From Dendrobates tinctorius (Eukaryota), in assembly GCF_039654945.1 (NCBI RefSeq), contig NW_027361716.1, forward strand, positions 14,074,001-14,138,000: a stretch of 64,000 nt of DNA, read 5' to 3'. Shown piece after piece: positions 43,880-56,874 of this stretch. The translations under genes were made by a program, and so were the position numbers. Position 1 is the first letter of the stretch. Every line of letters begins with the position of its first letter. The notes beneath the pieces are model-generated. The model made no database searches and had not been told where the DNA came from. It saw only the letters and a list, made by a program, of their open reading frames with translations.

Positions 43880-44280
43880 ATGGATGGATAGAGGGGAGGG
43901 ATGAATAGAAGGGATGGATGATAGAGGGGAGGGATGGACAAAAAGGATGGATGAATAGAGGGGATGGGTTGATAGTGGGGACTGGGTGGATAGGAGGGAG
44001 GGATGAATAGAGGGGAGGAATGGATAGAGGGGAGGAATGGATAGAGGGGAGAGATGGATAAAGGGGAGGGATAGACAAAGGATGGATGAATAGAGGGGAT
44101 GGATTGACAGTGGGGATGGACGGATAGAGGGGACTGATGGCTAGAAGGGAGGGATGGACAAAGAGGATGGATGGATAAAGGAGATGGATGGATAAAGGGA
44201 TGGATGGTGGATGAATAGAGGGGATGGCTGGATAGATATAGGGGACAGAGGGATGGATGAAGGGCTGGATGGATAGATAG
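43880..44280 (+). repeat. Purine-rich GGAT/GAGG low-complexity repeat
   Basis: Degenerate GGATGGATAGAGGGGA units. Confidence 0.85.
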
Positions 44281-45017
44281 TAACAGTGGCATATTCCACA
44301 TTCTGACCTGCTTTCAAAAGAGATTAATGAATAAATTGAAATGACAGATATACAGAACTGTTGGGCCCTCATGCCTGACAGGGTGTAAAGAAAAATAAGC
44401 TGAGACAGCCCAAAAGTTGGCCCAATTTGCTATATTTAGAGAAATTGATGACCAATTTAATGTGTATGTGGTTAGCCCATACACTGGTGATAATGCCTAT
44501 CTTTTTCTGTGCATCTTGGGTCACGGATGACCCAAAAATCCATGTTAAAATAAATTATTTTTGGTGCAATTTGTGATGCTTTTTTGTCTAAGATGCATTT
44601 TTTTCAGCTTTTACTGCAACTGGATATTCACCACTTTTTCAACACAGAAAATGCACCAAGAATTGACATGTTGCTTTTTTTTTACATATTTGAAATAAGC
44701 AGAAAAAAGGCACATTTCCCATTGAAATTATTGGGAAGCTTATGACATATGGATTTGAAGCAGATTTTAGTGCAACTTCTGCTACCATATCAAGAAACTC
44801 CATGTAAACCCGATCATAGGATCCGGTAACACTTCATTTCTGAACTACTTTGAAACCTTCCTTTGAGGTATACATCCTGAAATCCTCCTAAAATATACCT
44901 TGGAAGGTCCTAACATAGCCAAAATGTGTATAACGGGCATAGAGTGTGTTCACACCACTTTATTTCCATACATAATGAATGTGTTTGTAGTAATGTATAT
45001 TACATTGTTCTCACTTA

Positions 45018-46184
45018 GGCTGGTTTCACATTTGCGTTTTTTAGCGCTGGAAAAAAACGCATACCTGCGCATGCGTTTTTTCCCCTATATTTAACATGGG
45101 TGCGCATACCTGCGCGCTGGTAAGCGCATGTATGCGATTTTCATGCGCTGCGTTTTTTTGGGGTGTGCGTTGGTATTTTCCAGACGCAGCATGTTGCATT
45201 TTTTGGCCCTGCAAAAAAGCGCATGCGCACATATGCGCACGTTTTGCGCTAAAAATGGCCATTATAGCCTATGGATGCGCATATGTGCGCACTGGCATGC
45301 TCATGTATGCGTTTTTTTGCATATGCGTTTTTTTTTTTTAACCATGGAATTTAGGGGTTTGGGTTAGAGTTAGGGTTAGTTAACGGGGTTTAGGGTTAGG
45401 GTCAGGGTCAGGGTTAGGGTTGGGGTTTGGGTCAGGGTTAGGGTTAAGTATGGTTTGGTTAAGGGTTAGGGTCAGGGTTAGGGTCAGGATTAGGGTTAAG
45501 TNNNNNNNNNNNNNNNNNNNNNNNNNNNNNNNNNNNNNNNNNNNNNNNNNNNNNNNNNNNNNNNNNNNNNNNNNNNNNNNNNNNNNNNNNNNNNNNNNNN
45601 NNNNNNNNNNNNNNNNNNNNNNNNNNNNNNNNNNNNNNNNNNNNNNNNNNNNNNNNNNNNNNNNNNNNNNAAGGATTAGGGTCAGGGTTAGGGTCAGGAT
45701 TAGGGTTAAGTATGGTTTTGTTAAGGGTTAGGGTCAGGGTTAGGGTTAGGGTTAGGGTTAAGTATGGTTTTGTTAAGGATTAGGGTCAGGGTTAGGGTCA
45801 GGATTAGGGTTAAGTATGGTTTTGTTAAGGGTTAGGGTCAGGGTTAGGGTCAGGGTTAGGGTTAGGGTTAGGGTCAGGGTTAGGGTTAGGGTCAGGGTTA
45901 GGGTTAAGTATGGTTTTGTTAAGGATTAGGGTCAGGGTTAGGGTTAGTAAAGTCATGGTTTGGGTAGTGTGAGGGGCCACCTAAAAATGTTGGAAAAAAA
46001 CGCAAACGCGGTAAAAACGCACTAAAAACGCATACAAACGCATAAAAACGCTGCGTTTTTTTCATGCATGCTCATAAAAATGCTTGAAAAAAACGCAGCA
46101 GTTGTATGCTTATATATGCGTTTTTTCAATGCGTTTTTTTGCGGGAAAAACGCGCTGCAAAAAAAAGCAAGTGTGAAACTAGCC
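45018..46184. mobile_element. Harbinger-type MITE carrying a telomere-like array
   Basis: TTA|GGCTGGTTTCACATTTGC...GCAAGTGTGAAACTAGCC|TTA. Confidence 0.8.
45351..45948 (+). repeat. Interstitial telomere-like repeat (TTAGGG/TCAGGG) with an assembly gap at 45502-45670
   Basis: Tandem TTAGGG and TCAGGG units punctuated by TTAAGTATGGTTTTGTTAAGG; contains a run of 169 Ns. Confidence 0.92.
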
Positions 46185-46328
46185 TTAGTCTTGGTAGAAA
46201 ACCTATCTAACATGCTGTCAGTCTTTTTTATTCTCCTTGGTGATTACATGCTAAAATAATTGTAAAACATAAGATAAAAGAATAAATAAAGCGACGTGTT
46301 CATAGTCTACAGCTGCTGTTGAGACTTA

Positions 46329-46724
46329 GGGTACCGTTACACTAAGCGATGCAGCAGCGATCCCGACAACGATATGGATCGCTGGTACATCGCTAAGTGG
46401 TCGCTAGTGAGCTGCCACACAGGCAGATCTCACCAGCGACATCGCAGGGGTCGGGAGTCGCTACTTACCTGTCAGACGCGGCGATCCTGACGTCCTCCCA
46501 CCCGCGTCCATGCGTCGCTCGTCGGCACCACAGGAAGCCCAGCAGGAAGTGGCCGACGAGAAATGGTCCAGGACGTTCTCTCGCGACCAGCGATAATCAG
46601 CGGGGGAGCCGGTCGGAGGTAAGTATCAGACATAGCGATATCGCTAGCAATATCGCTGCTGCGTCACAAAACCAGTGACGTTATAGCGATATTGCTAGCG
46701 ATCTCGCTGTGTGTAATGGGGGCT
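46329..46724. mobile_element. Harbinger-type MITE
   Basis: GGGTACCGTTACACTAAGCGAT...TCGCTGTGTGTAATGGGGGC imperfect TIRs; TTA flanks; internal AGCGAT/ATCGCT repeats. Confidence 0.65.
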
Positions 46725-47277
46725 TTACGATCACATCACAAATGGCAATTTTTCAAAATTTCCAAATATGGCTGAAAAACAGTATCTGTTGCTTATCAGT
46801 TGCCTTATTTTCTTGATGAATTTAGTCAATGGAGTCCACCTTAAGGAGAAGCTTTCACCAAAGTTTTGATCTTCAGCTGCACACGTGATGTAATAATTAC
46901 TGCCGAGCGAAATAAAGCTCTTTTTTTTTTATTTTCGCCCTTCCGTTGTGGAGATATTAGCTACAACAGTATTTGGCACCTAATGAGTTAACTTTAGTTA
47001 TGGCCAAGTGGGTGTTATCAGATAGGTCTCACTAGGGGTGTGGACTTCGTCTCCCGGCTTGACTTGTTCTCTGATAAAGGCCATTTTGACGAAATGTAGC
47101 ATAAAGCCAATAACTTGTCTAATGTGGACAATTCCCGTAGCGCCTTGTAGTCCCTTCTTTATAAGATCTGCAGAACATGGCATTAAGGATAGAATCTAAC
47201 TAGATCAGCTGGATTCTCCCGAATGGTCCTTGAGACCTTAGATCAGATGTCCAAATGATGAACTGACTATCAAACTA

Positions 47278-47456
47278 CAGGGTGGGCCATTTATATGGAT
47301 ACACCTAAATTAAATGGGAATGGTTGGTGATATCAACTTCCTGTTTGTTGCACATTAGTATATGGGATGGGGAAAATGTTTCAAGATGGGTGGTGACCAT
47401 GGTGGCCATTTTGTAGTCTGCCCACCCAGGTATATCCATATAAATGGCCCACCCTG
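47278..47456. mobile_element. Tc1/mariner-type MITE
   Basis: TA|CAGGGTGGGCCATTTATATGGATA...TATCCATATAAATGGCCCACCCTG|TA. Confidence 0.9.
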
Positions 47457-48724
47457 TATTGCTTTCCCAGAACCTGGAGTACACATGGCCGACAGCAGTT
47501 TAAGGGTCCGTTCACACATCTGTCCTTGGTGACCATGGTTTAAATATTATTTTACTCACTTCTTTAGTGCTATCATATTCCGCAGCACTTTGCAGACATT
47601 ATAGTCACACTGATGTGTGAATGCACCGTCCGACACAGATGACAAGCCTATTTCAATCTATTTAAAAAAAAAAAAAAATCCCCAAATTATTTAGAGCTAA
47701 TAATGGAAGTAGGGGATCCTGTAATTGAAAGTTTTTTTAATGATTCCTTATAAAGATAAAGTTAAAGATTACTACTGACAAGTAGTATTGATTACCGTAC
47801 TATGAATTGCGCCTAAGACAAACTCCCATAGGAAGCTATTATAAATAATGTATTTTATAAAACTGAGATAAGTTTTTAGCCAATGCTGTCCATCATCTCA
47901 CTTAGAATATTTGGGTTCACAAGATCTCAGAGATTTTGCAGAAGAGTAAGAGACAAAGGAAAACATTCTTGAGGGGGAGGATAACAGCAAGAGTTTTATT
48001 AAAAGAAAAAAGACCGTTTTACATCCTACAGAAGATTTTAATTGCTGTCTCATCTTGTCTTTTTCAATGGGTCACTGTCACCATAGCCACCTCGTCAGTG
48101 CCGTGCCACAGGAATGTCTCTGCTGTGCTTCATAAAGGAAGTCCCATTGAAAAATGTTGGCTTTGATAGTGAGGTTGTTTCAAGTTCCTTTTTGTCTGGT
48201 GTGTTTTAAGTCTACTTTATTTTTCATTTAGAATTTCATGTTTCATATGAAAAATGTTCATAATTCTTATAAAGGCTCAGTATGTCGGAAACTGGCTACA
48301 GATATTAGATTTTTACAGACAGATCCTAATCTGATGTTTGCAGTGATACCAGTCAATGTTTCGATTGCTTGGTTGCCCTTTTAACTGTCCAGTTCCTTGC
48401 CTACTCCCACTTTGGCCAATCCAAATGGCAGTGATTGTTGTGACTTCCTGGTTGCGACTGTAATACTCTACACATGTATTGTGCTGCAAAGGTTGGTTGC
48501 ATGACAGGCGTCTCAGCCAATATTGTTTTGTAGCCCCAGACTAATTTGGCCATGTTCCCAAATGAAAACGTACCATGCATGAAAGATACTTTACTATGAC
48601 TAAAATGCTATTTTTTAATGAAAAAAAAAGTATTTCAGATTTCACATTTACCTAGCTTGGAATTTTTTGGTTCATTGATGTTAAACATTGCTACAAGGTT
48701 CTGCAGGTTGAGGAAAGGAGAAAA

Positions 48725-48965
48725 AGAGCGGCACTCACCACTGATATGTAAAATATCGGCACTTTATTGAGGTTGTCACATGAAGAGTGAAGACATGAGC
48801 GAGTGATTGAGCGACAGCTGTTTCTCGTAAGCTACTCTTTTCCAGCTGAGAGCCAGAAGAAGCGTCGTTTATGCGAAACAGCTGTTTCTCAATCACTCCC
48901 TCATGTCTCCTCTCCTTATGTAATGACTTCAATAAGGTGCTGATACTTTACCTACCATTGGTGAA
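48725..48965. mobile_element. Penelope-like inverted end with decayed hammerhead cores
   Basis: Imperfect palindrome with GAAACAGCTGT on both strands; GAGC-CAGAAGA-AGCGT..ATGC-GAAACAGCTGTT at 48850-48890. Confidence 0.45.
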
Positions 48966-50140
48966 TGTTGCACCTTTTCTCCTTTATTTTAACCTCCATA
49001 ACCTTGCTTCAAGGTTTTTTCTCTACGAGCTCAGCAGTGCTAGATCTGGTTGCATTTAATAAGTTTTTGCCATTTTGCACTTCTGGACTAATTTGCTGTA
49101 CAGGTTTGGTAGCAGTGCCAACCTTTTTGTCTTTTTTAGGTGTTAACTGTTGCTAGTAACTAAGAATACATTTTACTCCTCCATGACATTTTTGACACCT
49201 ATCAAATTTCTCACTTTAGACATGGAGATGGTACCGGAATGGCACTAGCTTTCATACATTTATGGTCAATCCTGTATATATGTAAACAATTATCAGAAAC
49301 CCCCTTCAGGTGAGACTGTATGAGTACATCATTAATATTTAATTTCAAGGGGAAGATAAGGAATACATGTATAATGACTTTGTGCACACATTGTGACTCC
49401 ATAGAGAATAAAACCTTTAAAAAAAAGTCATATTGAAGTTCAGCTGTCTAATCCTATTCCTTCCACCTTTTGGAATCTTAATTACAAGGAGATAAAAACC
49501 ATCGTTTGACTAAATTATTGTCTTGAGTCTTGTAGCAAAAGGTATAATCCGCAATTGGGCCAATTAGTAAAGCCCATAGTTAGCACTGCGAAGGCAGCCA
49601 ACGTGATTAGATGTGACACCAGTCTAGTTCCCACTGTAGTTATGCCAGGTATGGTGGTCAGACTTCAAAGGGCTTGAGGCATCAGCAGGGCAAGGTTTGT
49701 AGGCCAGCTTAGGTCCGGTCGTTAATCTCCTTGCTAAAACCACAGCAGCCCTCGCACAAAACAAGCTTACACGACACAATCATGCGGTATTAAAGTTTGG
49801 GTTGAGTCATGCCAATTTGCCTTTGATTTTCTGATGATTGACTAAAAGATGGCTACATGACCAGACACATGCTAAAACTTCCCTGATTAGGTAACTTCTC
49901 CAAGTATGTCAGATATGTTAGACATTTCCCAGCTAAATGATATGATTAACAGGACTCTGCTGAAACTTTGCTGTAAAAGCTCATTCGCCGGCTTGGAGCT
50001 CGGGGAACGGAGCAAACGTTAAAAAGGGAATTTTATATTAGTGTTTTAAAACTATTATAAGTCAAGTTCTACAAGTTGGTGGTTTTATCTCTTCTATAAA
50101 ATATACTCCACTGATACGTCGGCTAAAGTAGGATTGTCAC

Positions 50141-50341
50141 CAGGGCTGTGGAGTCGGTAAGCCAAACCTCCGACTCCAACTCCGACTCCTCAATTTCCAT
50201 GACACTGACTCCAACTCATCGACCCCGACTCCCTCATACCCGGGCTGTGGAGTCGGTAAGCCAAACATCCGTCTCCGGCTCTTACTCCTCAATTTCCATG
50301 ACTCCGACTCCACCAAAATGGGCTCCGAATCCACAGCCCTG
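50141..50341. mobile_element. hAT-type MITE (short form)
   Basis: CAGGGCTGTGGA...TCCACAGCCCTG with an exact 8-bp TSD ATTGTCAC; the 5' end is duplicated internally at about 50240. Confidence 0.9.
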
Positions 50342-50839
50342 ATTGTCACAGTGCAGTCACGGTGTCTATGACACTTAAGATTCCCGACATAACCAAAGTT
50401 TGGCTAGATAGTTATACAAGAATTTCTTCTGCTACCACAATGTGACCAAAGAACAAGACAGATTTTTCCCTTTTCTAAGGCTTGACTTTTAGGTTATGTT
50501 CACACTTGGCATATTTGCTTCGAATTGAATACTTGCGCATAATATGTCAAATCCTATCACACTGTACCAGCAAAGAAAGAGAGATCTCAGCAAATCTTAT
50601 ATGCATATTGCCAAAATTTCATCAGCAGAAAATCTACAGTGTGTTAGTCCTTTGTGTGGAATTGTACCACATATTTCACTCTTTGCTTTTACTGACTGTA
50701 TGCAACAATATGCACAGTAGAATCTGCAGGTGAACTTATTCTAAGGTGCATTAGTCCTGCTTTGGTGGATCCAGGCCCCCTTATTCACTGTAATGTTAGC
50801 GACATGTACTTTATTTCTCCACCACAGTTACAGCCTGAC

Positions 50840-52195
50840 AAGTTATATTATTAAAATATTCTCCTTCAAAAGTTGAAGTCCGTTTAAAATTGTTGCAGTG
50901 GGATCATTACAGTGAACATAAAAAGTCCTAATACTGCCTCCACCATGCCTAATTGTGAGTATGGTGCTCTTTTGGTGATGCACAGTGCTTGCTTTGCTCC
51001 AAACATATCTTTTGGAATTATGGCCTAAAAGTTCAATTTTGGTCTTATCAGACCATAGCTCATTTTCCCACATGCTTTTGACAGACTTGATGTAGATTTT
51101 GGCCAGACATAGTCGGGCTTGGGTAATTTTCTTTGTAAGAAAAGACTTCTATCTTGCCACCCTTCTGTACAAGTCAGATATGTTAAAAATATGAGAGATT
51201 GTTGTGTGTCACATGCCTTACTCAACCAATACTTGCCAGAAATTCCTGCAGCTCTTTTAATGTTGTTCTAGGCTAATTATTATTCTCGTGTTTTAATAAA
51301 TTTAAGAGAGACGTCCAGTTCACTGCAGTGCCAAATTCAAACTATTTTTTGATGACTGTCTTCAAAGTATAACGAATACCTAGGACATCTATCTAATACC
51401 TAAGACATTTATTGCACTGTTCTCCTTATTAAGTCCCTTTGCTATGTTGTAAGCTGTTTACTGCTTTTCATGTAAAATGCAGCTTAAAATGTCAGGAAAA
51501 TCCAACTAGAACAGCTAAACTTTGTAAGTGCTTTGTCAGAATCGCTGTAAGGCTGTGTTCATACACAGCAGGTTTTTTTCGTGTTTTTCCCGGGGAGTTA
51601 CCAAAAAATCCGCTCAAAAAAGCCTAAAAGAAGCTTCCCATTCAATTTAATGCATTTTGCACTTTTTGTGCATATTGATGCTTTTTTACCGCGAAAAAAG
51701 CGATTCACGGTAAAAAACGCAGCATGCTCATTAATTTCGCGGGAAATTCCGCATTTCTGGCTATTTTATATGTCTCTGGGGACGCTCCTGAAAAAATTGC
51801 GGCAAAAACGCGGGGGAAAAAAGCGTGTTTTCTATGAAGGAGTCCGGTTTTCATGCAGAAATTTTCTGCATGCGTGTACACATAGCCTAAATGATGGCAG
51901 CTGTGCAAAAACTATTATTTGCTATTTTAAGTGTGATTGGCTAATTTTGAGCACAGCCATATCCCCAATTATAATTATAAAAAGGTGTTCATACTTTTGC
52001 AACCACAATATTTTAGATTTATTTTTATTTTCCTCTCAAAATGATTTCAGTTTGTTTCTCCAAGGATTGTTAGAGATTATCAGTAAACATTAAAGATGGG
52101 AAAGTTCTGAAATTATTCTTCTTGGTGTGATTTTTCTTTTACATGACAGAATCCTGACATTGTAACAGGGGTGTGCAGACTTTCTGTATCCAGCG
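50840..52195 (-). mobile_element. Decayed Tc1-like element containing a MITE
   Basis: Minus-strand LWSDKTKIELLGHN...TIRHGGGSI transposase remnant. Confidence 0.7.
51551..51887. mobile_element. Harbinger-type MITE
   Basis: TAA|GGCTGTGTTCATAC...GTGTACACATAGCC|TAA. Confidence 0.8.
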
Positions 52196-53808
52196 TATAT
52201 GCAATTTAGATTTATTGCAAGTTTGACTTCAACTTTTGAACGGTTTTCTTTTAAGCAAATGACTAATTCTTATAGTGAAGAAATGCGTGAGAAAACATGG
52301 TGGGGGGCGTCATTGCGGGCGCTCCGCTACAAGGATGAAGAACACTCTCCATTACTCCGTGACTGTTATAAGATCAGCTATAGCCATGGCCAAGACTGGC
52401 TCTCATGGACTGAAAGGCCATGAAGAATATACTGTAAAGTGTGGTGGTGGTTCTTTGTTTTTCCATTTTAGACATTTCAGCCTCAACCTTGCAAGTTTCC
52501 TTCAATAAGTATGCATCGAAAATACCTACTGTTTTAGTGAAGTTACATTTCATGTTTGAGTTGTGTATTTTTATTGCCTGTAAGTAATGTTTTAATATAA
52601 TACATTTTTTCTGATTTGTACTCATATGATGCTGTAGTGACAGGGACATGTCTGATTGATATAGTAAGCCTCAGGCGGCTCTTCTGTGTCTCCAAATGGG
52701 CTGATACCGCCATCTTGTTGACTTTCCCGTGGGCCAAGTATTCTTATTTATTCTCCCTTTTTTTTTGTCATGAACTTTCCTGGAGTTTGAGCCGCATGTT
52801 AGATCCCATAATTGGATGTTGTGTAATGTGTTGCTACTAATTCTTATTCTGATGAAAGCATCTAACAGTTTATTTCTAACATATGTTACATGTATAGGGT
52901 AATGTTACCCATCATTAGTTGATTGTATTTACCATTCTGTTTGCCTTTAGTTTAGCATATGTCGATATTTGTAGGATTGGTAAGGGACTTGTATAATAAT
53001 GGAGTAATAATTCAGCATTTTTGTTAATACTTTTTAATATTAATAATATGTGTATAAAAATAGTATAAAAAATGACATGATCAGTCATTCCCAACTTCTC
53101 ATAGCTTCAGTTCCCTAATGTTTAGATAATATATCAAAATGTATGTTTTAAGAATTTTTCTTTCTTTTTTTCTTTTCCTCCACCGAGTATGCTCGCTCAT
53201 CACTAGTATTGATATTTAGTTCTAGATACTCCTGCACCATCCTCTTCATTCATCCACCACATGTAAGTATTGGACTCTGTTGTGCTGGTGCACGAGTTGG
53301 TCTAAAAAAAAGTGTCAAAGGACTCGAAGAAATTGCTTCTTCCACCTCATTCTGTGATCTTTACCTATTTCTGGGCCACCATCCATCTTTGAGCTTTATA
53401 GATCTTATTTGGCCACAGACCTGCCTGCGAGTCAGTGTCTACTTTGGATCTGGCCTTAGGTCATGGAATAACCCAGTTCTTAAATTTTATCAATTCAGAG
53501 CTCTGTTCTCTTCATCCCTGGGTTTGCATTGCTGTTGATTTGCAAGAATAACAAAGAGGTGCTATGATTATGTCAGTGATATCTGTCCGTATTGGCATTC
53601 AAACCTCTCATGGTTCCATTAAAAAAAAAAACAGATTGTTCCTTTGAAAAGAACCTGTCTAGTCCTCGGCTATGGGAACAATTGTGTGTTTGCTGTTTTA
53701 TTTTCCATTCGATTGAAGTGATCCTTAATGGCATGATGTTGACAGCGCACCAGAGATCTGTTCTTGATTTCTGTGGTCTTCTTCATCCAAAATGATTGGC
53801 GTTGCCAG

Positions 53809-55861
53809 CAGGGCTGTGGAGTTGGTAAGCCAAACCTTCGACTCATCAATTTCCCTGACTCCGACTCCGCGACCCCAACTCCACGACCCCAACTCCACAG
53901 CACTGATCACTACTGAGCATGTACATAAAGTGCAGCACAGATTCATCTCAGCGCCAACTCCACAGCACTGGTCACTACTGAGCATGTACATAAAGTGCAG
54001 CACAGATTCATCTCAACTACAACTCCACAGCACTGGTCACTACTGAGCATGTGCATAAGGTGCAGCACAGATTCATCTCATCTATGACCCCACAGCACTG
54101 GTCACTACTGAGCATGTACATAAAGTGCAGCACAGATTCATCTCAGCGCCGACTCCACAGCCCTGGTCACTACTGAGCAAGTACATAAAGTGCAGCACAG
54201 ATTCATCTCAACTACGACTCCACAGCACTGGTCACTACTGAGCATGTGCATAAGGTGCAGCACAGATTCATTTCATCTATGACCCCACAGCACTGGTCAC
54301 TACTGAGCATGTACATAAAGTGCAGCACAGATTCATCTCAACTATGACTCCACAGCACTGGTCACTACTGAGCATGTGCATAAGGTGCAGCACAGATTCA
54401 TCTCATCTACGACTCCACAGCACTGGTCACTACTGAGCATGTGCATAAGGTGCAGCACAGATTCATCTCATCTATGACCCCACAGCACTGGTCACTACTG
54501 AGCATGTACATAAAGTGCAGCACAGATTCATCTCAGCGCCGACTCCACAGCACTGGTCACTACTGAGCATGTACATAAAGTGCAGCACAGATTCATCTCA
54601 ACTACGACTCCACAGCACTGGTCACTACTGAGCATGTGCATAAGGTGCAGCACAGATTCATCTCATCTGTGACTCCACAGCACTGGTCACTACTGAGCAT
54701 GTACATAAAGTGCAGCACAGATTCATCTCATCTACGACTCCACAGCACTGGTTACTACTGAGCATGTACATAAAGTGCAGCACAGATTAATCTCATCTAT
54801 GACTCCACAGCACTGGTCACTACTGAGCATGTACATAAAGTGCAGCACAGATTCATCTAGTCTACGACTCCACAGCACTGGTCACTACTGAGCATGTACA
54901 TAAAGTGCAGCACAGATTCGTCTCATCTACGACTCCACAGCACTGGTCACTACTGAGCATGTACATAAAGTGCAGCACAGATTCATCTCATCTATGACCC
55001 CACAGCACTGGTCACTACTGAGCATGTACATAAAGTGCAGCACAGATTCGTCTCATCTACGACTCCACAGCACTGGTTACTACTTACCATGTACATAAAG
55101 TGCAGCACAGATTCATCTAGTCTACGACTCCACAGCACTGGTCACTACTGAGCATGTGCATAAAGTGCAGCACAGATTCATCTCATCTATGACTCCACAG
55201 CACTGGTCACTACTGAGCATGTGCATAAAATGCAGCACAGATTCATCTCATCTATGACTCCACAGCACTGGTCACTACTGAGCATGTGCATAAAGTGCAG
55301 CACAGATTCATCTCATCTATGACCCCACAGCACTGGTCACTACTGAGAATGTACATAAAGTGCAGCACAGATTCATCTCATCTATGACTCCACAGCACTG
55401 ATCACTACTGAGCATGTGCATAAAGTGCAGCACAGATTCATCTCATCTATGACCCCACAGCACTGGTCACTACTGAGAATGTACATAAAGTGCAGCACAG
55501 ATTCATCTCCACTACGACTCCACAGCACCGGTCACTACTGAGCATGTACATAAAGTGCAGCACAGATTCATCTAGTCTACGACTCCACATCACTGGTAAC
55601 TACTGAGCATGTACATAAAGTGCAGCACAGATTCATCTCATCTATGACTCCACAGCACTGGTCACTACTGAGCATGTACATAAAGTGCAGCACAGATTCA
55701 TCTCAGCTAACAGCCCAGATCCTTATATCAGGGACAGAACAGACATTTATAGGACATTTCAAAACTTTCCCAAATTTAGGAGTCGGAGTCCGTTAACTTT
55801 AAACCTATTCAGACTCCACCAAAATAGACACCGATTCCATGACTCCGACTCCACAGCACTG
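53809..55861. mobile_element. hAT-type MITE (same family as 50141-50341) expanded by an internal satellite
   Basis: CAGGGCTGTGGAGT...ACTCCACAGCACTG with an exact 8-bp TSD GTTGCCAG. Confidence 0.9.
53891..55706 (+). repeat. 65-bp tandem repeat, about 28 copies
   Basis: Unit GACTCCACAGCACTGGTCACTACTGAGCATGTACATAAAGTGCAGCACAGATTCATCTCATCTAT. Confidence 0.95.
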
Positions 55862-56874
55862 GTTGCCAGTTGAAGACCGTCAACAAGCAGCTTACCTCCC
55901 TGACCGCATGAGCTAACTTGTGTAGGCTTCCATGCATACACAGTCTAAGATATTCATGTTACAGTATTTTGCTGCAGCTGTCTATCTTCATGCACTTGCA
56001 TCTTGTGCCATGGAGAACCTAAACATCATTCATAAAGTGAAAGAAGAGATGACGATGTGAACCCTGTTTTGAAATCCAGAGACATTTGTAGTAGGCATAT
56101 CCATGTGTTTGCATGTGATTTCTTTTATGTTGGGGCGCTGTCACTCTTAGAAGAAAAACAGAATATTTCTAACTTTTGATTTCCCATTGCTCTATAAAAT
56201 GTCAAATTACATTTTTAGGACTGCATTGCCCTTTTAGTATAGAGCAGCAACAAGCCATAAATTAAGCATGGGTCACTTCTTCCTAGTGTAGATATGGGTA
56301 TAAACTTTCAAAAAAATACAAAACATTTCTATTTTCTCAGAGACTGGCAAAGAGTAGTTAGAAAAAGAAAAAAAATAAAGCTAATTGCTGGAATTTTAAT
56401 CTTCTCTTGGACTGTTTCTGCTTTGTCTGCATCATCCTGCTGTATAAAAATAACATTCCCATAGCCCTGGTGTCACAGTTGTTCTAGTATGTCCCTTAAT
56501 TTTATTGAAGAAAAAAAAAAGGTAATTCATTTTTTTTTTTTTACTAATGCTTTTCTAGTAACCAGAAGTAAGACTTTTTTGTTGTGAGAAGTATACGTAT
56601 GTTATAGAAATAGATCAATTTAAATTCAATATCTATATGTCAATAGGTGTTTTTCTATACTGCTGTTATTTCTCCAAAAATAAGGGCCTGCTCATTCCAA
56701 GGACCAAACCATAAAAAAGTAGGTCTACTTGGCCTCAAAAAAAATCATGGGATGTTGAGATGATGAACTTGCCAAATAGGCTTCTTTCTTCTTGTCTCAA
56801 AAGCAGCATGTTGTGGATTGACCTTGGTTGGAGTAGTGGTATTGCAACTACTAGGGGCAGCACTGACAGGTAGA

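Noticed and set aside
43794-44372. 192-aa and 154-aa Pro/Ser/Ile-rich ORFs
   Set aside because: Translations of the GGAT low-complexity repeat.
45351-45948. True chromosome end or fusion site
   Set aside because: The array has one orientation, is degenerate, is enclosed by MITE TIRs and lies inside a gene intron.
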